Virus record (IMG/VR): IMGVR_UViG_3300028653_000011
From: a virus
Lineage: Duplodnaviria > Heunggongvirae > Uroviricota > Caudoviricetes
Strand: one strand, 5' to 3'
Length of the DNA stretch: 64,000 nt
Part shown: piece after piece, positions 29,781-39,705 of the stretch
How the letters are laid out: each line of letters opens with the position of its first letter
Numbering within the stretch: position 1 is the first letter of the stretch
Made by a program: the position numbers and the translations under genes
The notes under the pieces: generated by a model
Seen by the model: the letters and a program-made list of their open reading frames with translations, nothing else
The model's database searches: none
What the model was told of the DNA's origin: nothing

Positions 29781-30020
29781 ATGCGTATTAGGTTCGGCGA
29801 GCTCAAGCGACTGATCGGCGAGGCCAACCGCAACCGGCGCACGGGCCAGTATTCCTACGAGGCCAACTTCGAGCGCCTCTGCACCTGCGGTCACCCGTTG
29901 GCCGTCCACGCCGGCGACGCGCCACACCCGTGTTTCAATGATGATACCGGCATTGCAGGTGCGACGGGTGAAGACTGCACCTGTGAAAGGTTCAGGCCCA
30001 TCCGTGGCAAAAAAGCGTAA
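29781..30020 (+). CDS. Small protein with head-targeting-like leader and Cys/His cluster
   Basis: MRIRFGELKRLIGEA; CTCGH..H..C..CTC; TATTTA just upstream. Confidence 0.65.
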   Translation: MRIRFGELKRLIGEANRNRRTGQYSYEANFERLCTCGHPLAVHAGDAPHPCFNDDTGIAGATGEDCTCERFRPIRGKKA

Positions 30021-30405
30021 GCGTAAGCGTAAGGGCCACTACCATACCGGCGTTCACGCGTCTCCCAAGACGGGCCTGACGTGTAAATACCGCTCGGGTT
30101 GGGAAAGTTCGTACATGCAGTACCTCGACGCGTCGCCCGACGTCATCACCTGGGCCTATGAGTCGATCGTCATCCCGTACGTCAGCAACAAGAAGACGGG
30201 CAAGCTGCGCAACTATCACCCCGACTTCCTCGTCACCTACGCCGACGGCCACATCGAACTCGTCGAGGTGAAACCCGCTAGACGGGTGCACCAGGTCAAG
30301 GTGGCCAAGAAGTTGTTGGCGGCGGGTGACTGGGCTCGGGCCCACGGCGTCGCACTGGTCGTCATCACCGAGGTTGAATTGAAGCAACTTGGCCTATTGA
30401 AGTAG
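30004..30405 (+). CDS. T4 gp4-like head-completion / TnsA-N PD-(D/E)xK nuclease
   Basis: YRSGWE..LD..WAYE..IPY..YHPDF..LVEVKP..VITE. Confidence 0.85.
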   Translation: MAKKRKRKRKGHYHTGVHASPKTGLTCKYRSGWESSYMQYLDASPDVITWAYESIVIPYVSNKKTGKLRNYHPDFLVTYADGHIELVEVKPARRVHQVKVAKKLLAAGDWARAHGVALVVITEVELKQLGLLK

Positions 30406-30435
30406 TGAAGTCTCGGGCCATTGGGTGGGATAAGT

Positions 30436-31056
30436 ATGGGGGTGAGCAATCTCCTACGTGACTATGTCAACTTGCTCGTCGAAGCGCGTCAGCCGTTCGA
30501 TCTCAAGGTCTTCCGAGGATTGACCGAGGACGACGCTGTGGAATACCTCGACTTTCACGCCAAGGTGCTGGGGTCGGGCGCGGGCAGGACGGTCTACGAC
30601 GTGGGCCGTGGGTGGGTCATCAAGTGGGCGTACAACGCCAATGGCATTGAGCAGAACAGGGACGAGGCCTCTCGACGCAAGTGTGCAGCGCCTAATGCTC
30701 CCATCGTCCACGTGTTGGTGAAGGCGCCCAACTACCAGTGGGTCATCTCCAACAAGGTCAAGCCCGTGGTGGGTGCTTCCCTCGGGCGCGCCCTGAAGGC
30801 GACCGTCGGCATGTCTGACACTAGTGACCTAATGTTCATCATTGAGACGAGCATTCATCAAGCGGAGGGGTATGAACTCGGGATTGATGACGCCGAAGCT
30901 CTTCGTGCCCATGAACGCCTGTATCACACTAATGAGTGGTACCGGGCACTGTACGACACCGTCAAGGCCTGCAAGATTAATCCCATGGAACTTCATGATG
31001 ACAACTGGGGTCTCGATGACAAGGGCAGGTTGGTGTTGCTCGACACGGGAGGGTGA
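30436..31056 (+). CDS. Protein-kinase-like fold protein
   Basis: LGSGAGRTVY Gly loop, VIK, QNRDE, ELHDDNWG, VLLDTG. Confidence 0.65.
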   Translation: MGVSNLLRDYVNLLVEARQPFDLKVFRGLTEDDAVEYLDFHAKVLGSGAGRTVYDVGRGWVIKWAYNANGIEQNRDEASRRKCAAPNAPIVHVLVKAPNYQWVISNKVKPVVGASLGRALKATVGMSDTSDLMFIIETSIHQAEGYELGIDDAEALRAHERLYHTNEWYRALYDTVKACKINPMELHDDNWGLDDKGRLVLLDTGG

Positions 31057-31091
31057 CCTTTACAGGCGTCGCGTGAAGACCATGATCAGCC

Positions 31092-31781
31092 ATGAGCGTG
31101 ATCTTGGGACTTGATGTAAGCACCAGCTGCACAGGATTTTGTGTCATAGAGAGTGGCGCGTCGGCGGGTGACCACTACATGCTCGATCGAATTGAGTTTA
31201 AGAAATGTAAGACGCTGTGGGAGAAAACAGATGTGGTGCAGCGTGCATTCAAAGTCATCAGTGCCGAATTGTCTGCTCAATATCACATCTGCATTGACCG
31301 TGTCGTCGTCGAAGAGCCATTGATGGGCTTTCGCGCGGGAATGTCGTCGGCGCAGACGATCTCGACGCTGATGCGGTTCAATGGCATCACGTCGTACATC
31401 GCCCGTGATGTCTTTGGTGTCGATCCCGAGTACATCGGTGCCGCCCACGCCCGCAAATTATGTGGCGTCAAGCTCCAGAAGACGGCGATCGGCGGGCCCC
31501 AAAAGGAGCAAGTTTTCTCGTACATGAGTGAGCACGACCTCCATGACGTCAAGTGGCCCGTGACCAAGACTGGCAAGCAGGTACTCTGGAGCCGCGACGC
31601 GACCGACGCCTACGTCATCGCTCGAGCAGCGGCAATCTGTGGGCCCATCGTGGTGACCAAGAAGCCCAAGAAGGTGCCAAAACCCCCGGGCGGGTGTGCC
31701 TACCCGTGCGAGCCTGGGTGTCCGGGCAAGCCCATGAAGGGCCTGACGATGTGCCGCAAGCACCAACCCTTCCCGGCTTGA
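31092..31781 (+). CDS. ruvC: RuvC-like Holliday junction resolvase
   Basis: ILGLDVSTSCTG, VVVEE, QKEQV, DATDAYVIA. Confidence 0.85.
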   Translation: MSVILGLDVSTSCTGFCVIESGASAGDHYMLDRIEFKKCKTLWEKTDVVQRAFKVISAELSAQYHICIDRVVVEEPLMGFRAGMSSAQTISTLMRFNGITSYIARDVFGVDPEYIGAAHARKLCGVKLQKTAIGGPQKEQVFSYMSEHDLHDVKWPVTKTGKQVLWSRDATDAYVIARAAAICGPIVVTKKPKKVPKPPGGCAYPCEPGCPGKPMKGLTMCRKHQPFPA

Positions 31782-31813
31782 ACCATTGACCTGATCTGGG
31801 TTACGATCGGCTC

Positions 31814-32800
31814 GTGCCCGTCGTCTCCGTGACCGATCGCGTCAAGTTCATCGAAAGCGTCTTCGGTCTCGGGCGCCTGGCACGCAATGGCCGCAATTTC
31901 GACGTGCGCTGCCCGGTCTGTGCACCCAAGGACGTGTCGAAGAAGAAGCTGGCCATCCTATTAGAGGATGATCAGTGGCACTGTTGGACGTGCGGCGCGC
32001 GCGGTCACAGCCTGTGGTCGTTGGTCAGGAAGTACGGTACCCGTGACCAATTGCTCGAGTATCGCGATCGGTTCATGCCTGCCGACAAGCGGGATCACCG
32101 GTGCCTTGACATTGTCATCGTCGATGAGCCCTCAGGCGTAGAACTTCCTGATGACTTCAGGTTGCTGGCGACGTCGACGTCCCGAGACACCGATGTGCTG
32201 GCGCTGCGCAGGTACTTGACCCAACGCGGCATCACCCAACGTGACATGTGGTACTTCAAGTTGGGCTACAGCTCAGACTTCAGGTGGAAGCGCCGCGTCT
32301 TAGTGCCATCATTCGATGCGCGCGGTGCCCTCAACTACTTCGTGGGCCGCGCCGTCGACAAGTTTCGCAAGCCCAAGTATGACGGCCCCGATGTGCCGCC
32401 TGGGTACAAGCTCCAGATCATCTTCAATGAGCTCAACATCGACTGGTCACAGGAGCTGGTGCTGTGCGAGGGCCCGTTCGACCTGATGAAGTGCCCTGAC
32501 AACGCAGTGCCCTTATTGGGCAGTGACCTCAATGAGACCAGCGCGCTGTTCAATGCCATCATCGTCAACAAGACGCCCGTCGCCTTGGCCCTCGACGCCG
32601 ACATGCGGGTGAAGAAGACGCCGAAGTTGGCCCGCAAGCTGGCGGAGTTCGACGTGCCGGTGAGGATCGTCACGGTGCCGACCGACCCGGGTGACATGGC
32701 CAAGCGTGACTTCAGGCAGGCGTTGGTGACAGCGCGGCCCTTTAGTTGGGACGATGCTTTCATGGATCGGTTAGACGTAGCGGCACAGATCAGGTTGTGA
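31814..32800 (+). CDS. DNA primase (Zn finger plus TOPRIM, T4 gp61-like)
   Basis: CPVC..HCWTC, YFVGR, LCEGPFD, ALDAD, TDPGDM. Confidence 0.88.
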   Translation: MPVVSVTDRVKFIESVFGLGRLARNGRNFDVRCPVCAPKDVSKKKLAILLEDDQWHCWTCGARGHSLWSLVRKYGTRDQLLEYRDRFMPADKRDHRCLDIVIVDEPSGVELPDDFRLLATSTSRDTDVLALRRYLTQRGITQRDMWYFKLGYSSDFRWKRRVLVPSFDARGALNYFVGRAVDKFRKPKYDGPDVPPGYKLQIIFNELNIDWSQELVLCEGPFDLMKCPDNAVPLLGSDLNETSALFNAIIVNKTPVALALDADMRVKKTPKLARKLAEFDVPVRIVTVPTDPGDMAKRDFRQALVTARPFSWDDAFMDRLDVAAQIRL

Positions 32801-32870
32801 GGGTGCCCGCCGCCAACATCCATTGTACAGATCCTTTGCGGTGCTGTACTGATCTATAGAGAGTGCCTGC

Positions 32871-33518
32871 ATGCTAAGGATTGCCCACACGGCTGATGTC
32901 CACGTCCGTAATTTAAGTCGCCACGCAGAGTATAAGCAGATCTTTACTACCTTCATCGAGCGGTGTAGGGAACAGAAGGTCGATCACATCTTCATTGGGG
33001 GCGATAGTTTTCACACTAAGACTTCTGGTATGTCGCCTGAGTGCATTGAGTTCATGTGCTGGTGGTTCAGTGCGTTGGCTGAAGTTGCTCCCGTCCACGT
33101 GATGCTCGGTAACCACGACCTCAACTGCAGCAACCGTTCGCGCCAAGACGCCATCTCTCCCATCATTGCCGCACTCAACAATCCACGCGTGCACCTCTAC
33201 AAGCACAGTGGCACCTACGAGTTTGCCCCTGGTTATGTGTGGGGTGTCTTTAGCCTGTTTGACGAGGAGAATTGGGACAAGGTCAAGCCCATACCGGGTA
33301 AGGTCAACATCGCCTGTTACCACGGCCCGATCTGGGGAGCGACGACCGACACCAACTGGTTGATTGAGGAAGGCACCACGGTTGAATTCTTCAAGGGTTG
33401 GGACTTTGCAATGTTGGGGGACATCCACACTCACCAATTCTTAGCAGGCCGCGACGTGGAGCTGGAGATCGATGCCGCCGACATTGGCAACTACCCGGAA
33501 GCCGAGGTGATCGGGTGA
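32871..33518 (+). CDS. sbcD: Mre11/SbcD-like metallophosphoesterase, N-terminal part
   Basis: ADVH, GGDSFH, GNHD, YHG, GDIH motifs; lacks the following YPGS/QQN segment. Confidence 0.85.
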   Translation: MLRIAHTADVHVRNLSRHAEYKQIFTTFIERCREQKVDHIFIGGDSFHTKTSGMSPECIEFMCWWFSALAEVAPVHVMLGNHDLNCSNRSRQDAISPIIAALNNPRVHLYKHSGTYEFAPGYVWGVFSLFDEENWDKVKPIPGKVNIACYHGPIWGATTDTNWLIEEGTTVEFFKGWDFAMLGDIHTHQFLAGRDVELEIDAADIGNYPEAEVIG

Positions 33519-36136
33519 GCGCCGGTAAGATCAAGATCCGCGTCAAGCGACCGTGGGTGGGTTACCCATCTTCTCCTGTGCAGCAGAACTATGGAGAATC
33601 GCTGACACATGGTTACTTGCTGTGGGACATCGCCGACAAGTCTAACTTTGACGTCAAGTTCTGTGAGTTGCCCAATCCGCAACCCTACGTGACGCTAGAA
33701 TGGACTGGGTCGATCGGTGCCCTGGTCAACAGGGCCAAGAAAATCTGTGCGTCAGGCGGCCGCTTCAGGATCAGGAGCAAGGACGTGCTGGCACAGAAGG
33801 AGGTGACGCTGCTGACGCAGGCCCTGCAGGAGGAGCTCAAGGCGTCGGAGGTGACCTTCAAGAATGACCATCAGGTCAATCGCGATGTGCTGCAGGCCGG
33901 TGCCGCCATACTGGCCAAGGAAGACCTCCGTAACCCCGATGTGTTGTTGAAATTGGTGAAGGACTATCACCCCGACGGCGTCACCGACGATGAGTGGTCG
34001 GCCGTCCGTGAGCAGATCGGCAGCTACTTGACCCGTGCTCTCGACAGTGATGACGTCGTCCGTAATACCAAGTGGTCACTGCGACACCTGGCCTTCGACA
34101 ACATGTTTGCGTACGGTGCAGGCAATGTCATCAACTTTGACAAGTTGCCGGGCATCGTCGGCATCTTTGGTCCCAATCGCGCTGGCAAGTCGTCGATCGT
34201 CGGCACCGTCATGTACTCGTTGTTCAACACCACCGACCGGGGCAACGTCAAGAACCTCCATGTCGTCAACGTCAGGCACGACCACTGCTACACTAAGGCC
34301 ATCATCGACGTCAATGGTACGGGCTACGTCATCGAGCGCCAGACCGTCAAGCACGAGAACAAGCACGGCGCTGTCAATGCCAACACCAACCTCAACGTCT
34401 TCAGGATCAATGATACGGGTGAGGCCGTTGACCTGGCGGGTGAAGAGCGGAAGGACACCGAGAAGGTGATTCGCAAGTTGATCGGCACCGGTGACGATTG
34501 CCTGCTGACCAGCGTGGCATCGCAGGATGAGATCAAGCAGTACATCAACCATGGGTCGACGAAGCGGCGGCAGATCCTGTCGCGGTTCTTAGATCTCGAC
34601 ATCTTCGACAGGATGTTCAGGTTGGCCACCGATGACGTCAATGTCAACAAAGCGGCGCTCCGCCAATTGCCCGAACGCGACTGGCAGGAACAACAACGCT
34701 CGTTGAACGAGAGGCTCGATGCTGCTCGTACAACCATCGATGAGAAGGATCACCTGCTCCACGACGCCAGCCAGCAACTCGATGAACTGCGCCAACAGTT
34801 GGCCTCGTTCAAGGACTTCATTCCCGTGACACAGACGCAGGTTGAATCACAACGTAATCACGTTGATTCACTGACGACCAAGGCCCGGGCCACGACTCAA
34901 AAGATCGATGAATTGCACGCTGACATTGGGCTGATGCTGAAGAAAGTGACGTCGATCGATGCAGTGCTAGTTGACTATGACCTAGGCGCATTGAAGCAGC
35001 GCCAAGAGGCCTATCGCGTCCTAGAATCATCATTCGAGGTGCTCCGTCACGCACACGAGAAGGATGCTGACCTGTTGAAGCAACAGCAGCGGTCGCTGAA
35101 AATACTTGACGACGTGCCGTGCGGTGATGACTATCCGACGTGTCGCTTCATCAAGGATGCCCACAAGAACAAGGAACGCGTAGAGCCACAGCGTGACAAG
35201 GTAGAACGCTCTCTCGACAAGTTGCAGAAGGCGGAGCTGGCGTTGCAAGCGCTGCAACAAGAGGACCTTCACAATAAGGTCACCAAAGTTGAACAACTGA
35301 TCAGCGCACAGGCCAAGCTCCGCGTTGACATTGCTGCAAAGCAGGTTCAACTTGTCAAGTTGGAGGGTGCGCTAGATGACATCAATGGCACACTGGAGCC
35401 CACCGCACGCCGGTTAGCGGAACTCGAAGAAGCGTTGAAGAATGAAGGAAATGTGGAGGTCGTGACGCTGCGTCGCCAGATCGATGAGCTCCAGAAGGCA
35501 GCGCGCAGGCACGATTCTGAAAAGTTGACAGCGGCATCAGAGGTGGGTCGCATGCAGTCTGACCTCGATAAGTTGGCAATTGATGCGACCCACCGCCACA
35601 ACCTGTTGCAGTTGATGAAGGCTCACGAACTGATTGCACAGGCCTTCTCGAGGAAGGGCATCCCGGCGTTGATCACCACGTCACAGCTCCCCGTCATCAA
35701 CGCCGAGATTGCCGAGATTCTTCACGGCATCGTTGACTTCAACATTGAGCTTGAGGTCGACGACGTCAATGATTCCATGGAGGTCTACATTGACTACGGC
35801 GACAGTCGCCGGCCCATCGAGCTGGCTAGCGGCATGGAGAAGATGATCGCCTCGTTGGCCATCCGCGTGGCGCTGATCAACGTATCATCGTTGCCCAAGA
35901 CCGACATGTTCATCATCGATGAGGCCTTTGGCCCCATGGATCCCGCTAGCGTTGAGGCCTGTAACCGCCTGTTGATGTCACTCAAGCGCTACTTCAAGAC
36001 CATCGTCGTCATCACCCACGTCGACGGTGTCAAGGACGCGGCCGATCACATCATTGAGATCAACAAGGTCGAAAAAGATAGCTGCGTGATGTACAATGAA
36101 TCGTGGCATGGCGACCGTACCTCCGAGACAGACTGA
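33515..36136 (+). CDS. sbcC: C-terminal Mre11 segment fused to Rad50/SbcC ATPase
   Basis: GYPSSPVQQNYGE..GYLLWD, then GPNRAGKSS, coiled coils, CGDDYPTC hook, ASGMEK, IIDEAFGPMD, VITH; GTGA overlap with the upstream stop. Confidence 0.88.
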   Translation: MSAGKIKIRVKRPWVGYPSSPVQQNYGESLTHGYLLWDIADKSNFDVKFCELPNPQPYVTLEWTGSIGALVNRAKKICASGGRFRIRSKDVLAQKEVTLLTQALQEELKASEVTFKNDHQVNRDVLQAGAAILAKEDLRNPDVLLKLVKDYHPDGVTDDEWSAVREQIGSYLTRALDSDDVVRNTKWSLRHLAFDNMFAYGAGNVINFDKLPGIVGIFGPNRAGKSSIVGTVMYSLFNTTDRGNVKNLHVVNVRHDHCYTKAIIDVNGTGYVIERQTVKHENKHGAVNANTNLNVFRINDTGEAVDLAGEERKDTEKVIRKLIGTGDDCLLTSVASQDEIKQYINHGSTKRRQILSRFLDLDIFDRMFRLATDDVNVNKAALRQLPERDWQEQQRSLNERLDAARTTIDEKDHLLHDASQQLDELRQQLASFKDFIPVTQTQVESQRNHVDSLTTKARATTQKIDELHADIGLMLKKVTSIDAVLVDYDLGALKQRQEAYRVLESSFEVLRHAHEKDADLLKQQQRSLKILDDVPCGDDYPTCRFIKDAHKNKERVEPQRDKVERSLDKLQKAELALQALQQEDLHNKVTKVEQLISAQAKLRVDIAAKQVQLVKLEGALDDINGTLEPTARRLAELEEALKNEGNVEVVTLRRQIDELQKAARRHDSEKLTAASEVGRMQSDLDKLAIDATHRHNLLQLMKAHELIAQAFSRKGIPALITTSQLPVINAEIAEILHGIVDFNIELEVDDVNDSMEVYIDYGDSRRPIELASGMEKMIASLAIRVALINVSSLPKTDMFIIDEAFGPMDPASVEACNRLLMSLKRYFKTIVVITHVDGVKDAADHIIEINKVEKDSCVMYNESWHGDRTSETD

Positions 36137-36405
36137 TCGACGATCGACCCGGTGACTTTGTCGTCATCGTGCCGGTCGATGCCTCACCCGTGACGCCGCT
36201 GGCGTGTCCGATCTGTGATCACCTGATGCGGTCGCAGGATGATGATCGTGCGTACCGTGAATTTGGGTGCTGTGAGCGCTGTGCCATGATGTGGGCTCAT
36301 CCACGTCGACAGGCCTGGCGTGACGGTTGGCGACCATCAGCAGAACAGGTGCAAGGGGTTGAAGTTGATCGCCCACCGCTATCACTTGTCCTTGAACTGC
36401 GTTAG
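36103..36405 (+). CDS. Small Zn-finger protein
   Basis: CPIC...CCERC; TACAAT 5 nt upstream of the GTG. Confidence 0.7.
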   Translation: MAWRPYLRDRLIDDRPGDFVVIVPVDASPVTPLACPICDHLMRSQDDDRAYREFGCCERCAMMWAHPRRQAWRDGWRPSAEQVQGVEVDRPPLSLVLELR

Positions 36406-36447
36406 TCCTGTGCAACGGCCATATTTAGGCCGAGGAGCAACCTTCTC

Positions 36448-36828
36448 ATGGCAGACATTGATTACGCAGCTCTTCAACAGTCGTTCGACACGACGTGGGG
36501 CCGTTCATCGACACCCAAGACGGCAGGATACTCTGTCAAGGTGACGCTGTTGGGACCTGATCGGCTGATGACATCGTACGCCGCTATCGTCAATTTTGGT
36601 ACCGAGAGGGAATCACTTGAGATGAAACGGCGCTATGCCGAGGAATCAAAGGCGGTGACCAGCGAGGTCTTGAAGGTGGTCAAGGCCAATTACAAGGAAT
36701 TGGCCGATGCGTCACTGTCGACCAAAGAGTTGTCGAGCGAAGACAGCCTTGAGATCACCAACTACAACGTTCATAACCCCCGCCGAAGTGCCTATTACAG
36801 GCGCAAGACGGTGTACGAGATCGGGTGA
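36448..36828 (+). CDS. Hypothetical late protein upstream of terminase
   Basis: 126 aa; GAGGAG SD; TATTTA upstream. Confidence 0.75.
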   Translation: MADIDYAALQQSFDTTWGRSSTPKTAGYSVKVTLLGPDRLMTSYAAIVNFGTERESLEMKRRYAEESKAVTSEVLKVVKANYKELADASLSTKELSSEDSLEITNYNVHNPRRSAYYRRKTVYEIG

Positions 36829-39668
36829 TGAGTGAACCTCATCTAGGCCTGTCGAAGCCTCAACAGGTGCAAGAGATCCTGAAGTGTGGTAAGGATCCCA
36901 TCTACTTCATCAAGACCTACGTCAAAATTCAGCACCCGAAGAGGGGGACGATCCCGTTTGAGACCTACCCGTTTCAGGACGACTGCATCAATGACTTCAA
37001 AGAACACCGCCTCAACATCGTCCTGAAGTCACGGCAGTTGGGACTATCGACGATCAGCGCGGCATACTCGCTGTGGCTGGCGATCTTTCACAAGGACAAG
37101 AATGTCCTCGTCATTGCGACCAAGCTACCCACGGCCATGAACTTCATCAAGAAGATCAGGGTCATGTTGCAGAGCCTGCCCCCATGGCTGTTGCTACCCA
37201 AGTTTGAGCCCACCAAGCAGGCCATCGCCTTCAGCAATGGCTCGACGATCACCGCCATTCCGACGTCCGACGATGCCGGGCGATCGGAGGCCTTGTCACT
37301 GCTGATCGTTGATGAGGCTGCCTTCATCCGTGACTTTGAGGAGATCTGGACAGGACTGGCACCCACCTTCTCGACGGGAGGTAGTGCCATCATCTTGTCG
37401 ACGCCCAATGGTGTCGGTGGCCAGTACTACCGCCTGTGGGTCGAGGCCGAGGCGGGCCTCAATGACTTCAATCCCATTAGGCTGATGTGGGATGTGCACC
37501 CGGAACACGATCAGGCGTGGTTTGTGAAGGAGAGCAGATCGCTGTCGAGGCGTAAGGTCGCTCAGGAGTTCTTGTGCGTGGGCGGTGATACCAAGATTGT
37601 GACGCCTGATGGGTACAAGATGGCAGAAGAGTTGCACATCGGCGACTTGGTCATGACGCACGTTGGTAGGTTTCGTCCTGTCACCCGGGTAAATAGTAGG
37701 CTTGTAAAAGACGGCGAGGAACTGTATGAGGTCAGTTCACCAGGTAGTCGTCAGTGTAAGTTCGTCTTGACTGGCAATCATCCCATGTTGTCATACCGTT
37801 TTCGTGCCAATCAGATCACGTCACTTCAATGGATTGAACAGAATGCGTGTGAGCCATCGTGGATTGAGGCTACGACAATTGCCGGTACTCGTAAGACCAC
37901 GGATCGAATTCTCAACGCGCTAGTACCAGTGTTTAGGCCTGATGAACCCACTGAACGCTTGACGTCGATTGATTTGTCGACGCTTTACCCATCAGTCGAT
38001 GTAACGCCTGACACGTGCCGCTATGTGAAGCAATGGGGTAGTACTAAACGTCATGTGCCTGTTGACTTTGACTTAGGCATGTTTGTAGGATTGTACTTGG
38101 CTGAGGGGTGTAATGCACGGGGTGGGCTTGACATGGGGTTTCACATTGATGAGATGGAGACACACGCTCGTTGGTGCGTTGATTTTCTCGAGAAGTTGGG
38201 TTGTCGAACGACGTTGTCTCCATCAGAGATTGCAAATGGTTGTCGTCTGTGGACACACAATAAACATGTTGGTGCGCTTGTCAGATCGTTTGTCATGGGT
38301 CAAACGGCTCCTATTAAACATCTTGATCTTGATAGGGTTCTATCATGTGGCCGTGAGTTTATCAAAGGTCTATTGTATGGGCATCACGCGGGAGATGGTA
38401 ATCACGAGCACACTACGAAGACATCCACGTTCAGTACTTCGTCGAAGTTGGTGTATCAATTACGTACCCTCAACACCATGTTTGGTCTGTATCCTCGGAT
38501 CGGGCGTGTTGAACGTAGTAAAAAGAACCCAAAGCACCATGATATGTGGTATCTCGAGTTTCAGGCAGGTGGGACGACGTACCGTGAATTGCTCGAACGC
38601 GGACAATTGTACAAGCCCGGATCAAGGACGCGTCTCATTGGTGAGTACTTTGTTGGTCAGCACTCATTGAAGGATATATCGCACCTTCGTGATGTCGATG
38701 GGGGTTACACCGTCTATGATATCAGTGTGGCCGATGACAATTCATTTGTTGCTCAATCTGCAGTTCTTCACAATTGCGACTTCATCACGTCGGGTGACAC
38801 CTTCCTACAACCCGGTGACCTCGATGACCTAAAGTTGCAGATCATGCAACCTGCGTCGAAGGAGGGCTTTGATCGCAACATCTGGGTCTGGAGCCCACCC
38901 ATTGCTGGTCACACCTACGTCATCAGCGCCGACGTGTCGAGGGGCGATGCACGTGATTATTCGGCCTTTCACATCATCGATGCGGGTGACTGCGAAGTGG
39001 CCGCCGAGTACATGGGCAAGGTGCCGCCCGAGAAACTGGCCGACATGTTGAACGAGTGGGGCCGCAAGTACAACGATGCCCTATTGGTGCCCGAGAACAA
39101 CACCTTTGGCTACTTCGTCAACGTCAAACTCCGCGATGCGCTGGGCTACAAGAAGCTGTACTACACCAGCAACGGCGGCGACCCCTTCAATTACGTGCCC
39201 ACCAACTCTGAGGAGCTGCCGGGTTTCCCGACTAACCAGAAGTCACGGGTGCAGATCCTGGCCAAGCTGGAGGAGATGATTCGCAACAAGACGTTGAAGA
39301 CGTACTCACAGCGCCTCTATGATCAATTGCAGGCCTTCGTGTGGAACGGCAACAAGCCCATGGCCGGCAAGGACAGCTTCGATGACTTGATCATGAGCCT
39401 CGCCATTGGTTGTTGGTTGGTCGAGGGCAGCAATGGCCTCAGTGAACAGGCCGTCGCCATGTCGTACGCTATCCTCAATGCGACCCGCGTCCACGTTCGG
39501 GACATCAATCAGATGCCCGGCGGCGTCAACGAGGCACAGCCTTTGGTCAATCCCAACATCAAGGGCATGAATGCACAGAGTGTCTATCGACCACGCGACG
39601 CGTCGCAGGTGGCACCACGTAATCCGTACCAAAGAGACGTCAGTGACTTTCGCTGGTTGACTAGATGA
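36828..39668 (+). CDS. terL: Terminase large subunit (T4 gp17-like), intein-containing
   Basis: KSRQLGLST, LLIVDEAAF, LSTPNG, ISADVSRG..DYSAF, ENN, DDLIMSLAI. Confidence 0.95.
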   Translation: MSEPHLGLSKPQQVQEILKCGKDPIYFIKTYVKIQHPKRGTIPFETYPFQDDCINDFKEHRLNIVLKSRQLGLSTISAAYSLWLAIFHKDKNVLVIATKLPTAMNFIKKIRVMLQSLPPWLLLPKFEPTKQAIAFSNGSTITAIPTSDDAGRSEALSLLIVDEAAFIRDFEEIWTGLAPTFSTGGSAIILSTPNGVGGQYYRLWVEAEAGLNDFNPIRLMWDVHPEHDQAWFVKESRSLSRRKVAQEFLCVGGDTKIVTPDGYKMAEELHIGDLVMTHVGRFRPVTRVNSRLVKDGEELYEVSSPGSRQCKFVLTGNHPMLSYRFRANQITSLQWIEQNACEPSWIEATTIAGTRKTTDRILNALVPVFRPDEPTERLTSIDLSTLYPSVDVTPDTCRYVKQWGSTKRHVPVDFDLGMFVGLYLAEGCNARGGLDMGFHIDEMETHARWCVDFLEKLGCRTTLSPSEIANGCRLWTHNKHVGALVRSFVMGQTAPIKHLDLDRVLSCGREFIKGLLYGHHAGDGNHEHTTKTSTFSTSSKLVYQLRTLNTMFGLYPRIGRVERSKKNPKHHDMWYLEFQAGGTTYRELLERGQLYKPGSRTRLIGEYFVGQHSLKDISHLRDVDGGYTVYDISVADDNSFVAQSAVLHNCDFITSGDTFLQPGDLDDLKLQIMQPASKEGFDRNIWVWSPPIAGHTYVISADVSRGDARDYSAFHIIDAGDCEVAAEYMGKVPPEKLADMLNEWGRKYNDALLVPENNTFGYFVNVKLRDALGYKKLYYTSNGGDPFNYVPTNSEELPGFPTNQKSRVQILAKLEEMIRNKTLKTYSQRLYDQLQAFVWNGNKPMAGKDSFDDLIMSLAIGCWLVEGSNGLSEQAVAMSYAILNATRVHVRDINQMPGGVNEAQPLVNPNIKGMNAQSVYRPRDASQVAPRNPYQRDVSDFRWLTR
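37575..38774 (+). mobile_element. Intein (400 aa) with LAGLIDADG homing endonuclease in terminase
   Basis: QEFL|CVGGDT...TGNHP...VGLYLAEG...YGHHAGDG...VYDISV..SAVLHN|C. Confidence 0.93.
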
Positions 39669-39705
39669 ACGGGTGGCGAATACCTATGATTGCAGAAGGA
39701 TGCCC

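Noticed and set aside
33398-33514. Upstream extension of the Rad50 ORF, or a split intein at the Mre11 break
   Set aside because: The extension overlaps the conserved GDIH motif in another frame, GTG 33515 gives a standard 4-nt coupling, and no Cys/Ser...HN intein blocks flank the break
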